Source: an uncultured delta proteobacterium
GTDB lineage: Bacteria > Desulfobacterota > Desulfobacteria > Desulfobacterales > QNYZ01
DNA: 64,000 bases
Direction of reading: 5' to 3'
NCBI GenBank assembly: GCA_963845145.1
Contig: CAWJQU010000001.1
Span: forward strand, 32,001 to 96,000
Every line of letters begins with the position of its first letter. Position 1 is the first letter of the stretch. Shown piece by piece: positions 53,718-64,000 of the stretch. The position numbers and the translations under genes are program-made. The notes beneath the pieces are model-generated. The model had not been told where the DNA came from, searched no databases, and saw only the letters and a list, made by a program, of their open reading frames with translations.

Positions 53718-54146
53718 ATGACCGTGACAGACCCCCATAAATACAAATTCAAAACACGCGTGATTTACGGTGACACCGATAATATGGGTATGGCTTATCA
53801 CGCCAACTATTTCAGATGGTTTGAGATGGGCCGCGCCGAGATGTTCCGCTCGCTGGGGCTTACCTATCGGGAAATTGAGGCTAAAGGCGTATTCCTTCCC
53901 GTTTCGGAGTGCTTGTGCAAATTCATGTCGCCGGCGCGCTATGACGACATGATCATGATTGAAACCAGTCTTGATCTGAAAGTAAGGGCCGGGGTTCGAT
54001 TTAATTATGCTATCTACAATGACGATGGAACCCGTCAATTGGCTAGGGGATACACCAAACACGCCTGTGTGGATCCAAAGGGCCGGGTGATTCGTCCACC
54101 GGCATTTCTATCCGAATGTATTCGGAACACAGCCACGAATGGTTGA
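53718..54146 (+). CDS. Acyl-CoA thioesterase (YbgC/4HBT family)
   Basis: RVIYGDTDNMGMAYHANYFRWFE.GR. Confidence 0.9.
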   Translation: MTVTDPHKYKFKTRVIYGDTDNMGMAYHANYFRWFEMGRAEMFRSLGLTYREIEAKGVFLPVSECLCKFMSPARYDDMIMIETSLDLKVRAGVRFNYAIYNDDGTRQLARGYTKHACVDPKGRVIRPPAFLSECIRNTATNG

Positions 54147-54288
54147 GAAAACCAATACAAGGTTGTTACTGAAAAAAAAAGGACGATGCGATCACGTTCA
54201 AGATTCGTCTGACCGCTTCCAATAGAACCGACATCGAAGAGGTCATACAACGGCTCAGTAAAATCATTGATTCCACTAAAGGAAAAGC

Positions 54289-54316
54289 TTGACATCCTAA
54301 CTCGATACCCTATATT
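54289..54316 (+). promoter_or_regulatory. sigma70 promoter of tRNA-Met
   Basis: TTGACA-N16-TATATT just upstream of the tRNA. Confidence 0.6.
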
Positions 54317-54339
54317 ACACACCATCAAACAAAACCTGA

Positions 54340-54416
<77 letters not shown>

Positions 54417-54425
54417 AAAATAATA

Positions 54426-54463
54426 AAAAGGAGCTATATTAGATTGTAGCTCCTTTCTTATTT
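54426..54463 (+). terminator. Intrinsic terminator
   Basis: AAAGGAGCTA...TAGCTCCTTT stem followed by a T-rich tail. Confidence 0.75.
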
Positions 54464-54650
54464 GAAAAAAAATCAACGCCTCATATTTTTTTATTGATTA
54501 CCGTCGCCAAAATGGTAAAATGACTGATTGCCGAATTTCCTATTACGGTCATGCCTTCCAACGGTGAAAGGCTTTCAATAAATTATCATTTACGACTATT
54601 CCGCAGATACAACCATTCGATATCATCATTAAACTGAGGTGACATTTGAA

Positions 54651-54995
54651 ATGAAAAACGGAATTGAAAGACGTCGGCATATTCGCGCCCCCCTAACCTT
54701 AGACGCTGTTTTACATACGTCCAAGGGTAAAATCGAAGCTAAGACGGCTGACATCAGCGTTAGCGGCCTTGCCGTTATTTTGGTTATAGAAGAACCTGAT
54801 CTAGGTGACGAATTTCAACTCACGCTCAAAACGCCTGCAGATTACGAAATGTCAATATTTTGTGCAAAGGTCTGGTCGGGTAAAATGATTACCGGTGAAA
54901 CCACCTATAACGCAATTGGCGCAGAATTTATTAAAATATCTCCAGAGAACCGAAAAATCCTAGTCTCACTAATTGTAGATTACTATCGAGATTAA
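54651..54995 (+). CDS. PilZ domain protein
   Basis: RRRHIR (RxxxR) and DISVSG (DxSxxG). Confidence 0.88.
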   Translation: MKNGIERRRHIRAPLTLDAVLHTSKGKIEAKTADISVSGLAVILVIEEPDLGDEFQLTLKTPADYEMSIFCAKVWSGKMITGETTYNAIGAEFIKISPENRKILVSLIVDYYRD

Positions 54996-55074
54996 CCTGA
55001 AAAGAAAAAGTTAGATTCAAATAACTTATGAAATAGGCATACATTTTTAACCTGTTTAGACATCCCTTCAAACC

Positions 55075-57030
55075 TTAACCGTTTAGTGGTGAGACCTCAT
55101 GAGGGTCGGCCATATCAAACGCCTCTACTGAAGAGAAATGATTTGAACGATTTTTGAGAAATTTTTGTTTACCCCTATTAGATTTGGCGCTCTTGCTTTC
55201 CATACTATTTCTTCCCCCCCCAACAATCGCCATGAGTTTATTGACCATCGTTTTCAATTCTTTCGCCTGGACACTCATAGATTCGGAAGCAGAAAAAGAC
55301 TCCTCGGCTGTAGCCGCATTTTGTTGTGTCACTTGATCCATTTCAGAAACGGCGACATTGATCTGAAGGATACCCTGGGCCTGTTCTTTGGAAGCACCGG
55401 CGATTTCACCCACCAGATCGCCTACCTTTGAGGTACGTTCAACGACCTGACCAAAAGCGTTATTGGCATGATCAACCAGTGAGGTCCCTTCATTAACTTT
55501 TTGAATGGTCCCCTCTATCAACCCTGCAGTTTCTCTGGCTGCCTCGGCGGCTCGGATAGCCAAATTTCTAACCTCATCGGCGACAACGGCAAATCCGGCA
55601 CCGGCTTCGCCCGCACGCGCCGCCTCCACAGCAGCATTTAAAGCCAGGAGGTTGGTTTGGAATGCAATTTCATCGATAGTCTTGATGATTTTTGATGTTT
55701 CTTCACCGGCATCGGAAATGGCTTTGATCGATGTGGTGAGTTTATCCAACGATCCGTAAGCCGCTCCGACCATTGTATTGGCTTTTTTCATCAGACCATC
55801 GGCCTCAGTGGCATGGTCCGCATTTTGTTTGGTAATAGATGACATTTCTTCCAATGATGAAGATGTTTCCTCTAAAGATGCCACCTGGTTTCCAGTTCCA
55901 TCGGCCAACTGCTGGCTTCCGCAAGAAATTTCTCCAGATGCAGACGATACATTTTCAGCACTCTGATTCAAGCTCCGAATAATCTGTTTGATAGGAAGGG
56001 TAATCGAGCGTGTGGTCAAAAGGGCGATAACAAGGATCGACATCACACTCAGGCCTCCGGCTATACCCAAAAGCCATTTTAATGAATTGACGGCACCGAA
56101 TGCCTCGGTCTCATGGATTTCGGCAATGATAGCCCAAGTAAGCTCCCCAATATTCAATGGCGCAAAAGATGATAAAACGGTTTTGCCATTGTAATTTTTT
56201 GAAATGATCTGCCCGACTTCTCCGGATAGTGCTTTGCGCGCAGACAGGGTCTTTACATTTCCTGTCTCAGGGTTGGCAAAAGAGGCCAGGACGGAATGAT
56301 ACTCTGAATTGTGAGGCGAATCGGAGCGCATCAGATAATCACTACCGACTAGATACGTTTCACCGGTTTCTCCCATTCCCTCTCGTTGCTGCATAAATTC
56401 ATTAATGGATGCAACCGCAATTCGCAAAATAACACACCCGAGAAGTTTTTCTTTTTTCATTATCGGTGCACCGATAAATGCAGCCGGCTCGTTATTGCTG
56501 GCGACATAAGATTCAAAGTCAACCAGGGATTGTTTTTTCAATGATTTATCGAAGCATTTGCCCAACGGGGACGTCTTCAAAGGGCCGGTTGAAAGGTTGG
56601 CTCCCAGCTCTGACTGTTTGGCCATGGTGTAAACCACGTCTCCGTTCGCAGCAATTAAAAGAAGATCCAGATAGCCGGAAGTGTTGGCAAAATAATCAAT
56701 CGATGCTGAATAATTTTTTGCCATCGCTTTATAGAATTCGCTATCGGTACGAAGTTTATCTGATTTGACGATCCCGGATAAAGATTTCAGTGCATTGATG
56801 ACGAAATCGGTCTGGGCTAAAATGGAAATATCCTTAAAATAGGCGTTAAATAAACCCTCACACTGTTTTCTCTTGATTTCCCTGAGGCTTTCGAGCTGGC
56901 GATACACCTGCAGCGTATAGTCATCGGTGACCTTAAAGACGGTTAATCCACCCAAAACAAAAAAAGGAATCAAGCCGATACAGAAAAAAATCGCCAATAA
57001 TTTGGCTTTTAAAGTCAACCGCTTAAACAT
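55075..57030 (-). CDS. Methyl-accepting chemotaxis protein with Cache sensor
   Basis: Two TM segments, GETGETYLVG, IAFQTNLLALNAAVEAARAGEAGAGFAVVADEVR. Confidence 0.93.
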   Translation of the reverse strand: MFKRLTLKAKLLAIFFCIGLIPFFVLGGLTVFKVTDDYTLQVYRQLESLREIKRKQCEGLFNAYFKDISILAQTDFVINALKSLSGIVKSDKLRTDSEFYKAMAKNYSASIDYFANTSGYLDLLLIAANGDVVYTMAKQSELGANLSTGPLKTSPLGKCFDKSLKKQSLVDFESYVASNNEPAAFIGAPIMKKEKLLGCVILRIAVASINEFMQQREGMGETGETYLVGSDYLMRSDSPHNSEYHSVLASFANPETGNVKTLSARKALSGEVGQIISKNYNGKTVLSSFAPLNIGELTWAIIAEIHETEAFGAVNSLKWLLGIAGGLSVMSILVIALLTTRSITLPIKQIIRSLNQSAENVSSASGEISCGSQQLADGTGNQVASLEETSSSLEEMSSITKQNADHATEADGLMKKANTMVGAAYGSLDKLTTSIKAISDAGEETSKIIKTIDEIAFQTNLLALNAAVEAARAGEAGAGFAVVADEVRNLAIRAAEAARETAGLIEGTIQKVNEGTSLVDHANNAFGQVVERTSKVGDLVGEIAGASKEQAQGILQINVAVSEMDQVTQQNAATAEESFSASESMSVQAKELKTMVNKLMAIVGGGRNSMESKSAKSNRGKQKFLKNRSNHFSSVEAFDMADPHEVSPLNG

Positions 57031-57092
57031 TCTGATGACACCTTTCCCTTTTATTAAAAAGATAATGCCACTGTGCCTGTTTGCTAATTATA

Positions 57093-57119
57093 ACTTCGGC
57101 ATATTCAAGGAAAACTTTA
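57093..57119 (-). promoter_or_regulatory. sigma28 (FliA) promoter candidate for the MCP
   Basis: Minus strand TAAA-N15-GCCGAAGT. Confidence 0.65.
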
Positions 57120-57228
57120 AGGGAATTATATGAAACGAGCTGACAGTGAAGGAAAAGGGAAACCGATGGATAACGGTGTAATCAGATCATATCCGAGGAG
57201 CAATCATGCTCTTTTTAAGCACACCTGA

Positions 57229-57435
57229 TCACAGGCCGTGAGAATCGTGGCGTTTGCCGCCACATGGCGCAACGACGTCGCGGTAGCAATCAGGGCAGAT
57301 ACACTTCTCACCCTTGCATTCGATGCGATCTTTTTCATAGGGTAATGACCGGCCACAGTCATTACATAAAGAAGCATCATATTTCGGGTCAGCCGTGGAT
57401 GGTTTCAAGATGGTCTCAAGTCCTGGTTTAGTCAT
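57229..57435 (-). CDS. Small Cys-rich hypothetical protein
   Basis: CNDC...CICPDC motifs; sigma54 motif just upstream. Confidence 0.55.
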   Translation of the reverse strand: MTKPGLETILKPSTADPKYDASLCNDCGRSLPYEKDRIECKGEKCICPDCYRDVVAPCGGKRHDSHGL

Positions 57436-57486
57436 TGGATGTGTCTCTATTTTTTTTGAATTTGAAAAAATCTATCTCCTTTTATT

Positions 57487-57503
57487 AGCAAATATGATAC
57501 CAG
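57487..57503 (-). promoter_or_regulatory. sigma54 promoter candidate
   Basis: Minus strand CTGGTATCATATTTGCT = GG-N10-GC; IHF-consensus TATCAAATGGTTG at 57531-57543. Confidence 0.6.
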
Positions 57504-57869
57504 AGACGCGATTTCTAATATTCCATATGATATCAAATGGTTGAGAAAATATCAACATAGAGGGTTAAAGAATTAAAAATACATAATTGTAAAAAATCAT
57601 ACGTTTTAGGACAATATTGTTAAAATTGATGGCGAGCTTAAATTCATGGAAAACGATATGACTGAAACGAACTTAACGGTATTAAAGTCGTTTTATGTAA
57701 TATGGGTTACGACTATTGATTGGAAAAACCATTTGCGGGACCAATGGATGCTAAAAAATCCGGCCCACGAAAAAAAATTAAACGAACAAATTCGACATAA
57801 TTATGGCAATAGATAATAGACTTTTAGTGATAGTCCCAATTGAGCGATAAAACCACCAAAGCATTGTTT

Positions 57870-57885
57870 TGGTATAACTTTTGCT
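57870..57885 (+). promoter_or_regulatory. sigma54 promoter candidate
   Basis: TGGTATAACTTTTGCT = GG-N10-GC, about 70 bp upstream of the kinase. Confidence 0.6.
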
Positions 57886-57956
57886 TTCCACTCTTTGCCT
57901 ATGGAAGGGTTCCACCAACGCTATATATGATTTTTGTTTTTATCCATTAAAATAAG

Positions 57957-60728
57957 GTGCCGATGACGCAAACCCAGCTATACAATGATGTGTTAAGGGC
58001 TCTGTCTCTGGTTCTGGATATTGATGAAGGACAAAAGCTATATCATGCCTGGCGGGTAGGTCTTTTATCCTTCCGCTTGGCCGAATATATGGATATAACG
58101 AACCACAAACGCCTGTTTGCGACGGGTTTACTGCACGACATCGGCGGCATCGGGTTAGAAGATCATATAGTGCATCATAGCCTAAATGGGTTCAAGGACC
58201 ATCGCGCCCGGGCACATCCCCAAAAGGGGGCTGCTATACTTAGCCCCTTTAGCCTTTTTAACGATATCGTACCGTTTATTGCCGACCATCACGAACATTA
58301 CGATGGCACAGGATTCCCTTCCGGAAAAAAGGGTGCCGAGATACCTGTTGGGGCGGCCATTGTGCTCATGGCCGATATTTTGGATGTTTCCCTGCGCGGT
58401 AACGATGTCCGGGACAGACAAAAATCTGCCTTAGAGATCGCCATAAGAGTATCCGGCCAAAGCGTTGCTCCCCGAGTGGCTGAAGCAGCCATTGGGCTGT
58501 TTAAACATGACGACACCCTGATACCAAAACTATTCGACAACGACCTTTTGAAGGAGCAGGTCTTTTCTGTAAATACTGCGCCAACCGAGGTTGAAACACT
58601 GTCACGACAAGAAATGCTCAGCCAGCTGCTATGGCTTTTTGCCCGTGTTATCGATGTTAAACATGTCTTTACCATGGGACACTCCACCCGCGTCACTTTT
58701 TACGTCAAACAAATTGTCGATGCTTTTGGAAATGACGAGATCAACCAATGGGACGTTTTATGGGCCGGCCTGCTCCATGATGTGGGCATCATCAGTGTCC
58801 CCGACCCTATTTTACGAAAATCCACCGCATTAACCGATAGTGAAAAACGCCTCTATCAAAAACATGCCGCAGAATCCATTAAGATCATCTCCTCGATCAG
58901 TGACCTTGCCTATCTGGCCTACCCTGCGGCGGCACATCACGAGTGGTATGACGGCAGCGGCTACCCCAAAGGAAAGGCAGAGGAAAACATCCCTCTTTTA
59001 GGGAGAGTTCTTGCTTTTGCGGACACCTATGACGCCCTTACCAATCGGCAAGGGTTTAACGAAAAATTATCCCATGTAGAAGCCATTGAAATGATAGCCG
59101 GCCGTGTCGGCACTCAATTTGATCCGCACATCGCCCCTATCGCCTTAGCGGTAATGCGGGGATTCAATAAAATTGACCCCCGATCCAGGCAACGCATGAA
59201 GAATTTCCAGTTGTTTTTCAAAGAACAAAACGCGGATATCGGCAACCTGTTGATAGATCCGGGCAGCCACCGGACACCGCTCATCATGGCCGAAAGAGGG
59301 CTTATTCTTGGGGAATTACAACCCTGGCGTGTTCTCGAATTATCTGCTGATCTATTGATCTTATCCGGCAAGGAAGATTTTATCCAGTTGACCGTCAATT
59401 CCCCTTCAAATGAATTTGTCGACTTTCTGGATGAAAAAGAAAAATCAGACTTTAAAAAAATCGTCTCGAATCTTGAACCGGAGGGTATTTATACCCGATA
59501 CTTTATCACCGCCAGTTCCCATCCGATAGAGATGATCATTGTCGCCAGGCAAACCCGATATCGGATATTGTATCGCAGTGCCGCGCAAAAAATTGACCCA
59601 CTTAAACGAATGTCCCTGCTTCACCGAAATTTCATGACCAGTGCAGAGGGAACCGTATTTCTGAACCCTCATGGCGATATCATCGACGCCAACCGATCCT
59701 TTTTGGCGCTTTATGGGTATGAACTAAATGAAGTGACCGGTCAAAAAATGACGATGCTCAATTCGACCCGGCAACCCGCATCGACGTACGATGGAATGTG
59801 GCAATGCCTGACCGACCGTCAAATCGGCACCTGGTCCGGTGAGATGATTAATCGACACAAAACAGGTCAAACGATAACCGTTATTCTAACCATCAACGCC
59901 CTATTTGATTCAAATGGGGCAGTAGTGGGGTATATCGGCCAACATCATGATATCACTGAAAGAAAAAATCATGAAATAGCCTTACAAAATAAAGATCTGG
60001 AACTTGAAAGAAAAAATCGGGAACTGGAAAAGCTCAACCGGCTCAAAAGCGATCTCATGGCCATCACTTCCCACGATTTGAAATCTCCGATTTCAGCCAT
60101 GATCGGATATGCGGATCTTTTGAAGGCCCATTTCGAAAACATGTCCAAGGACAAGGTCGTTCATTACCTTGAGGGCATCATGAAGGCAGGACACAACCAA
60201 CTTCAATTTATCAGTGATCTGCTAGACCTTTACCAATTTGAATCCGACGCTTTTGTCGTCGAAAAAAAACCGATCCGGATCCATTCGATTCTTCAAGATT
60301 CGATTAGAACCAATGCCATGGCCGGAAAAACCAAAAGAATCGCCATTAACCTGACCACCGAAGGCCCTATCAGCGTGGTTCAAGCCGATTCAATGAGAAT
60401 ACAACAGGTTTTGGACAATCTTTTATCCAATGCCGTCAAATTTTCTCCCGAGGGATCTCAGGTCGATGTGCGGTACAGGGAGATCGGTGCCCAGGTCCTG
60501 ATTACCGTCGATGACCAGGGCCCCGGGATAGCGGAAATCGATCTTGACCGCATTTTCGATCGCAATTATCAGGTGAAGACAAAAAGCAAAGATTCCAAGC
60601 GTTTCCAGGGTATCGGGCTGGGGCTATACATATCAAAAAATATCATCGTTTATCATAATGGCACATTGCACGCAGAGAACCTGCCCCAGCGGGGATGTCG
60701 TTTTACAATAAAAATACCTTTTCGGTAA
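57957..60728 (+). CDS. Tandem HD-GYP - PAS - histidine kinase fusion
   Basis: LLHDIG..HHEHYDGTGFP and LLHDVG..HHEWYDGSGYP; PAS W.GE..NR; SHDLKSP, NLLSNAVKFS, GIGLGL. Confidence 0.88.
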   Translation: MPMTQTQLYNDVLRALSLVLDIDEGQKLYHAWRVGLLSFRLAEYMDITNHKRLFATGLLHDIGGIGLEDHIVHHSLNGFKDHRARAHPQKGAAILSPFSLFNDIVPFIADHHEHYDGTGFPSGKKGAEIPVGAAIVLMADILDVSLRGNDVRDRQKSALEIAIRVSGQSVAPRVAEAAIGLFKHDDTLIPKLFDNDLLKEQVFSVNTAPTEVETLSRQEMLSQLLWLFARVIDVKHVFTMGHSTRVTFYVKQIVDAFGNDEINQWDVLWAGLLHDVGIISVPDPILRKSTALTDSEKRLYQKHAAESIKIISSISDLAYLAYPAAAHHEWYDGSGYPKGKAEENIPLLGRVLAFADTYDALTNRQGFNEKLSHVEAIEMIAGRVGTQFDPHIAPIALAVMRGFNKIDPRSRQRMKNFQLFFKEQNADIGNLLIDPGSHRTPLIMAERGLILGELQPWRVLELSADLLILSGKEDFIQLTVNSPSNEFVDFLDEKEKSDFKKIVSNLEPEGIYTRYFITASSHPIEMIIVARQTRYRILYRSAAQKIDPLKRMSLLHRNFMTSAEGTVFLNPHGDIIDANRSFLALYGYELNEVTGQKMTMLNSTRQPASTYDGMWQCLTDRQIGTWSGEMINRHKTGQTITVILTINALFDSNGAVVGYIGQHHDITERKNHEIALQNKDLELERKNRELEKLNRLKSDLMAITSHDLKSPISAMIGYADLLKAHFENMSKDKVVHYLEGIMKAGHNQLQFISDLLDLYQFESDAFVVEKKPIRIHSILQDSIRTNAMAGKTKRIAINLTTEGPISVVQADSMRIQQVLDNLLSNAVKFSPEGSQVDVRYREIGAQVLITVDDQGPGIAEIDLDRIFDRNYQVKTKSKDSKRFQGIGLGLYISKNIIVYHNGTLHAENLPQRGCRFTIKIPFR

Positions 60729-60806
60729 TCACTATGCAATTGCATCACCAGACGTAAAGAGAACCACAACGACAAATCAAGTGGGATAAGACACGAAGGA
60801 TAAGCC

Positions 60807-61706
60807 ATGAACGTACATAAGATACTGATTGTCGACGATGAAGAATTCGTGCATGAGATTCTGGACGAACACCTCAGGCTGGCCGGCTATCGGCGATTCC
60901 ATGCAAACAACGGTTCAGAGGCAATTAAGATGATTTTGGAGAAACGGCCGGACCTGATTCTAATGGACATCCAGATGCCTGTCATGGATGGGTTTAAAAC
61001 ACTTGCTACCCTTCGGGACAAAATGGGGATCACGGATATCCCGGTAGTATTTTTAAGTAATGTTCGCAGACAGGATCTGAAAGTCAAGGGATTTGAATTG
61101 GGGGGGGATGACTATGTGACCAAACCCTTTGACAGTGGTGAATTGATCGCACGCATACGGGCGTTGCTTCGCCGCAACGATCATTGTAACCTCCCAACGC
61201 ACCAAATGTCGGGCAACTTAGCCGATATCGCCTTGTCCGATCTTTTGCAAAGCATGGAACTTGGGAATAAAACCGCCCATGTCCATTTAGATACCATCAA
61301 AGGCGACATTTATATCGAGGCGGGCGAGCTGATCCATTCGCGGTTGGGCAATTTCACCGGGGATGCCGCTTTGCAACGTATTTTTCTGCTTGAAAAGGGA
61401 AACTTCTCCATTAAGTTTAACCAATTGCCCGAAAACATTCCCAGCCATCCGCAACCATTGACCTCTGTACTAATGGCCATGGCAGCCAATATAGATGAGA
61501 TCAATGAGATCCTTGGACAATACAACAAAGGTCAAGCCAAAATTACATCCGATGCGCCGGTATCGTCCTATCCCGCAATTGAAGTATTTCGGGTACACTT
61601 TCCCATCACATTGAGGCAATTGATTATTTTGATGGGCGGTACACTTAAACATAATTATAAAACCATTGTTAAAGCGCTCGAAGAAAAACAGTTGAAGATT
61701 ATTTAG
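60807..61706 (+). CDS. Response regulator with DUF4388/PATAN domain
   Basis: Receiver (VDDE, MDIQMP, KPF) then GNLADIALSDLLQ...G.IYIE.G.LIH. Confidence 0.82.
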   Translation: MNVHKILIVDDEEFVHEILDEHLRLAGYRRFHANNGSEAIKMILEKRPDLILMDIQMPVMDGFKTLATLRDKMGITDIPVVFLSNVRRQDLKVKGFELGGDDYVTKPFDSGELIARIRALLRRNDHCNLPTHQMSGNLADIALSDLLQSMELGNKTAHVHLDTIKGDIYIEAGELIHSRLGNFTGDAALQRIFLLEKGNFSIKFNQLPENIPSHPQPLTSVLMAMAANIDEINEILGQYNKGQAKITSDAPVSSYPAIEVFRVHFPITLRQLIILMGGTLKHNYKTIVKALEEKQLKII

Positions 61707-61752
61707 TGACTCCCTATTATGCGAATAAAATATATTGCAGGCAGAGAATAAT

Positions 61753-62541
61753 ATGACAAAAATCATCACTGTAGCGAGCCATAAAGGCGGCGTTGGAAAA
61801 ACCACTGTCGCATACAATCTCGGGTTTGCTTTGAGTCGTTTGGGGCATAAAGTGCTTCTGATTGAAGGCGACCCGGCCGGAGCATTGACCATTGCCGGTG
61901 GGTTGAATCAACCCGGCCAACAAGGGCTGATTCAATTGTTGCGCAAAAAAACGACGCTTCGCCAAATTGCGGTGATGGTCGAATCCGCAAACATGTATAT
62001 CGTCGGCGGTGGTGTCCGCGACCCGGCGGAAGCCCTTTACCTGGATCGCTGTGCCCAAAACGGACATCTTGCACAGCTGCTCAAATATTTGGGTAATTAT
62101 TTCGATTATCTTCTGATCGATGCCCCATCGGGAATAAACAATCTCAGTATGACATTTTTGGCCAATAGTACCGGCGTTATTATTCCGATCACCTGTAAAG
62201 CGTTATCCATAAAAACCCTATCCCTTTTTCTGGGTTTTGTTCAGCAGACCCGGAATAGCTTCAATACCAGCCTGCGCATCGAGGGGCTGTTGATCAATAT
62301 GATAGACAATCGCAGCCTGAAAGAAGTCCAAGCATACGAGGCTTTACGCCTATCCTTGCCCACATCTGTCCTGTATAAAAATTTTATTCCTTATGATGAT
62401 TGTTTTGAAACAGCCACGACCGAAGGCTTGCCAGTGGCTCTGGTTGACAACGGCGAACATGCGTTTCAATCAATCGTGAATGTTGCCAAAGAATTAATCA
62501 GCAGGAATGCAAACGATACCCAGAGAGGCGCTCTCAAATGA
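61753..62541 (+). CDS. ParA/MinD-family ATPase
   Basis: Deviant Walker A KGGVGKTT; DYLLIDAP. Confidence 0.88.
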   Translation: MTKIITVASHKGGVGKTTVAYNLGFALSRLGHKVLLIEGDPAGALTIAGGLNQPGQQGLIQLLRKKTTLRQIAVMVESANMYIVGGGVRDPAEALYLDRCAQNGHLAQLLKYLGNYFDYLLIDAPSGINNLSMTFLANSTGVIIPITCKALSIKTLSLFLGFVQQTRNSFNTSLRIEGLLINMIDNRSLKEVQAYEALRLSLPTSVLYKNFIPYDDCFETATTEGLPVALVDNGEHAFQSIVNVAKELISRNANDTQRGALK

Positions 62542-63122
62542 AAACGATAAGAGACTCTTTTGAATTACAGGAAGCCGCCCGCATCTCCAGCGAACTTATC
62601 GCCGAGGCAGCCGTAGCGGCACCGGCCAATCCGGATTCTAATTGGCCCAAGGTGACCTTAGCCGAAACAACACCCGTAGTATCGAAAACCGAGAAAGGGG
62701 GCGCCCCGACCACCGCGGTGCCCTCAATATCTTCAAAAGTATCCGCGCCTCCGTCGGTCTATCGCGAAGAACAGCTAGAAAAAACGATGGCGGCCATGTG
62801 CAAACGCGCTGGATTTATCGGGGCCGTCATTGCCGACAACAGCGGTTCCCCATTAGCGGCGCATAACAGCCCCGTGAATGACCAAATTATGGCAACGTTT
62901 ACTTCCATACTCGGAACGGCCCTGGAAAAAGCCGGAAACCTTCTCGATGAGCACAAGGCCAACCATATTACCCTGGATATCAACCACACCGAAAAGGCAG
63001 CGCTACGGTTGTTTCACATCGACGGCCGGCCCTATTTCCTGATGATCATCTGCCCCCAGGAAGTAGACGAAAAAACAGAGGTTGAGCTGTCCATCGTACA
63101 ATTAGCAGCAGTTTTGGAATAA
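62538..63122 (+). CDS. Roadblock/LC7 (MglB-like) protein with a low-complexity N-terminus
   Basis: GFIGAVIADNSGSPLA roadblock pattern; ATGA-coupled to parA. Confidence 0.6.
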   Translation: MKTIRDSFELQEAARISSELIAEAAVAAPANPDSNWPKVTLAETTPVVSKTEKGGAPTTAVPSISSKVSAPPSVYREEQLEKTMAAMCKRAGFIGAVIADNSGSPLAAHNSPVNDQIMATFTSILGTALEKAGNLLDEHKANHITLDINHTEKAALRLFHIDGRPYFLMIICPQEVDEKTEVELSIVQLAAVLE

Positions 63123-63176
63123 AAAGGCGAACCCGCAGCACCGCCAGAGGACTAGCAGAACAGATGTGCGTTACTT

Positions 63177-63746
63177 TCAGTGGCGCTCATTGTTTTCTTC
63201 AACAACAGGGGCCCCATCGGAGGCATTCCCTGATTCCGCGTTTTCATCCAAATGCTTCACCAGATGGCCCAATTCTGGAAAAATGAGGGCTTTGCAAGCC
63301 AGCTGGCAAGCCTTCAGACTACCGGGCATACAAAAAACCACAGCCCGGCCGCCGATTACCCCGGCCACAGCCCGACTCATAATCGCCGCCGAATCGATTT
63401 GATCATAACTGAGTTGGGCGAACAATGGTCCAAAAGCGGTCAACTCCTTTGTAAATAAAGGTACAACGGCCTCGATGGACACATCCTGGGGGGTGATACC
63501 CGTGCCACCGGTCACCAGTACCACTTGGGCGTTGTTTTCGTTTATGGCGGATAACACGGTTTCCTGGATGGTTTCCGCCACATCCGGCACAACCTGGTGA
63601 TAGACAACTTCATGCCCCTCTTTTTTGGCCCGTTTGCCCATCCACAGGCCGCTTTCATCCAGATCAAGCGGCCGTGTGGTTGACGCGGTGATAATGCCGA
63701 TACGTACTTTTTTCGGCGCCTTTTTTTTATGTCCTTTAACACCCAT
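63177..63746 (-). CDS. moaB: MoaB/MogA molybdenum cofactor biosynthesis protein
   Basis: DESG, VVPD, TGGTGITPQD, SRAVAG, MPGS. Confidence 0.88.
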   Translation of the reverse strand: MGVKGHKKKAPKKVRIGIITASTTRPLDLDESGLWMGKRAKKEGHEVVYHQVVPDVAETIQETVLSAINENNAQVVLVTGGTGITPQDVSIEAVVPLFTKELTAFGPLFAQLSYDQIDSAAIMSRAVAGVIGGRAVVFCMPGSLKACQLACKALIFPELGHLVKHLDENAESGNASDGAPVVEENNERH

Positions 63747-64000
63747 GGGAATCTCCTAAATCATTCATTTTATACCCGGTCATGCTTGCATGCCTATCCT
63801 TATTTTTAGTATACTGTTAGTATACCGTCTCCCAACTATGACATGAAACCACAATGGAAGAAACCATTGATTTGTTCAACAACCGTGTATGACCACAAAG
63901 TGCATCGATGATCCTCCCCATCCTTGGCGGATTCGGAACGCTTATAGGCTTGATACGTGCCTGGCCTCAACTGGCGAAGTTGCTACGTACCCGTAAAGCA

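Overview
A 64-kb bacterial chromosome segment whose gene content and order look like a sulfate-reducing deltaproteobacterium (Desulfobacterales-like; inference). Left part (1-13.2 kb): sensor kinases, a CheB-CheR-PAS fusion and a sucrose synthesis/turnover cluster. From about 13.3 to 22.5 kb is an AT-rich, decayed mobile island abutting the 3' end of tRNA-Gln(CTG). It holds a collapsed prophage-like relic interrupted by an IS110-family element and an integron cassette array with attC sites and attI-like sites but no integrase in the window. It also holds an arsF/arsG-like pair, an AbiEii relic and an 805-nt ORF-less group IIB intron. That intron sits inside an attC core site (GTTATG|T), and its EBS1 loop (TATAAC) is complementary to the core, which is the most notable observation. 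The rest is mostly core genome: gltX, rpmF, acyl-CoA dehydrogenase, acpP-fabF-rpiB-glyA-nrdR-rib genes-nusB, mltF, nagZ, tsaD, purM, hom-thrH and tRNA-fMet. It ends with an MCP and a predicted sigma54-driven operon encoding a double HD-GYP/PAS kinase, a REC-DUF4388 protein, ParA and a roadblock protein. Several frameshifts fall in housekeeping genes and may be sequencing indels. All family assignments are by motif recognition only; no searches were run.
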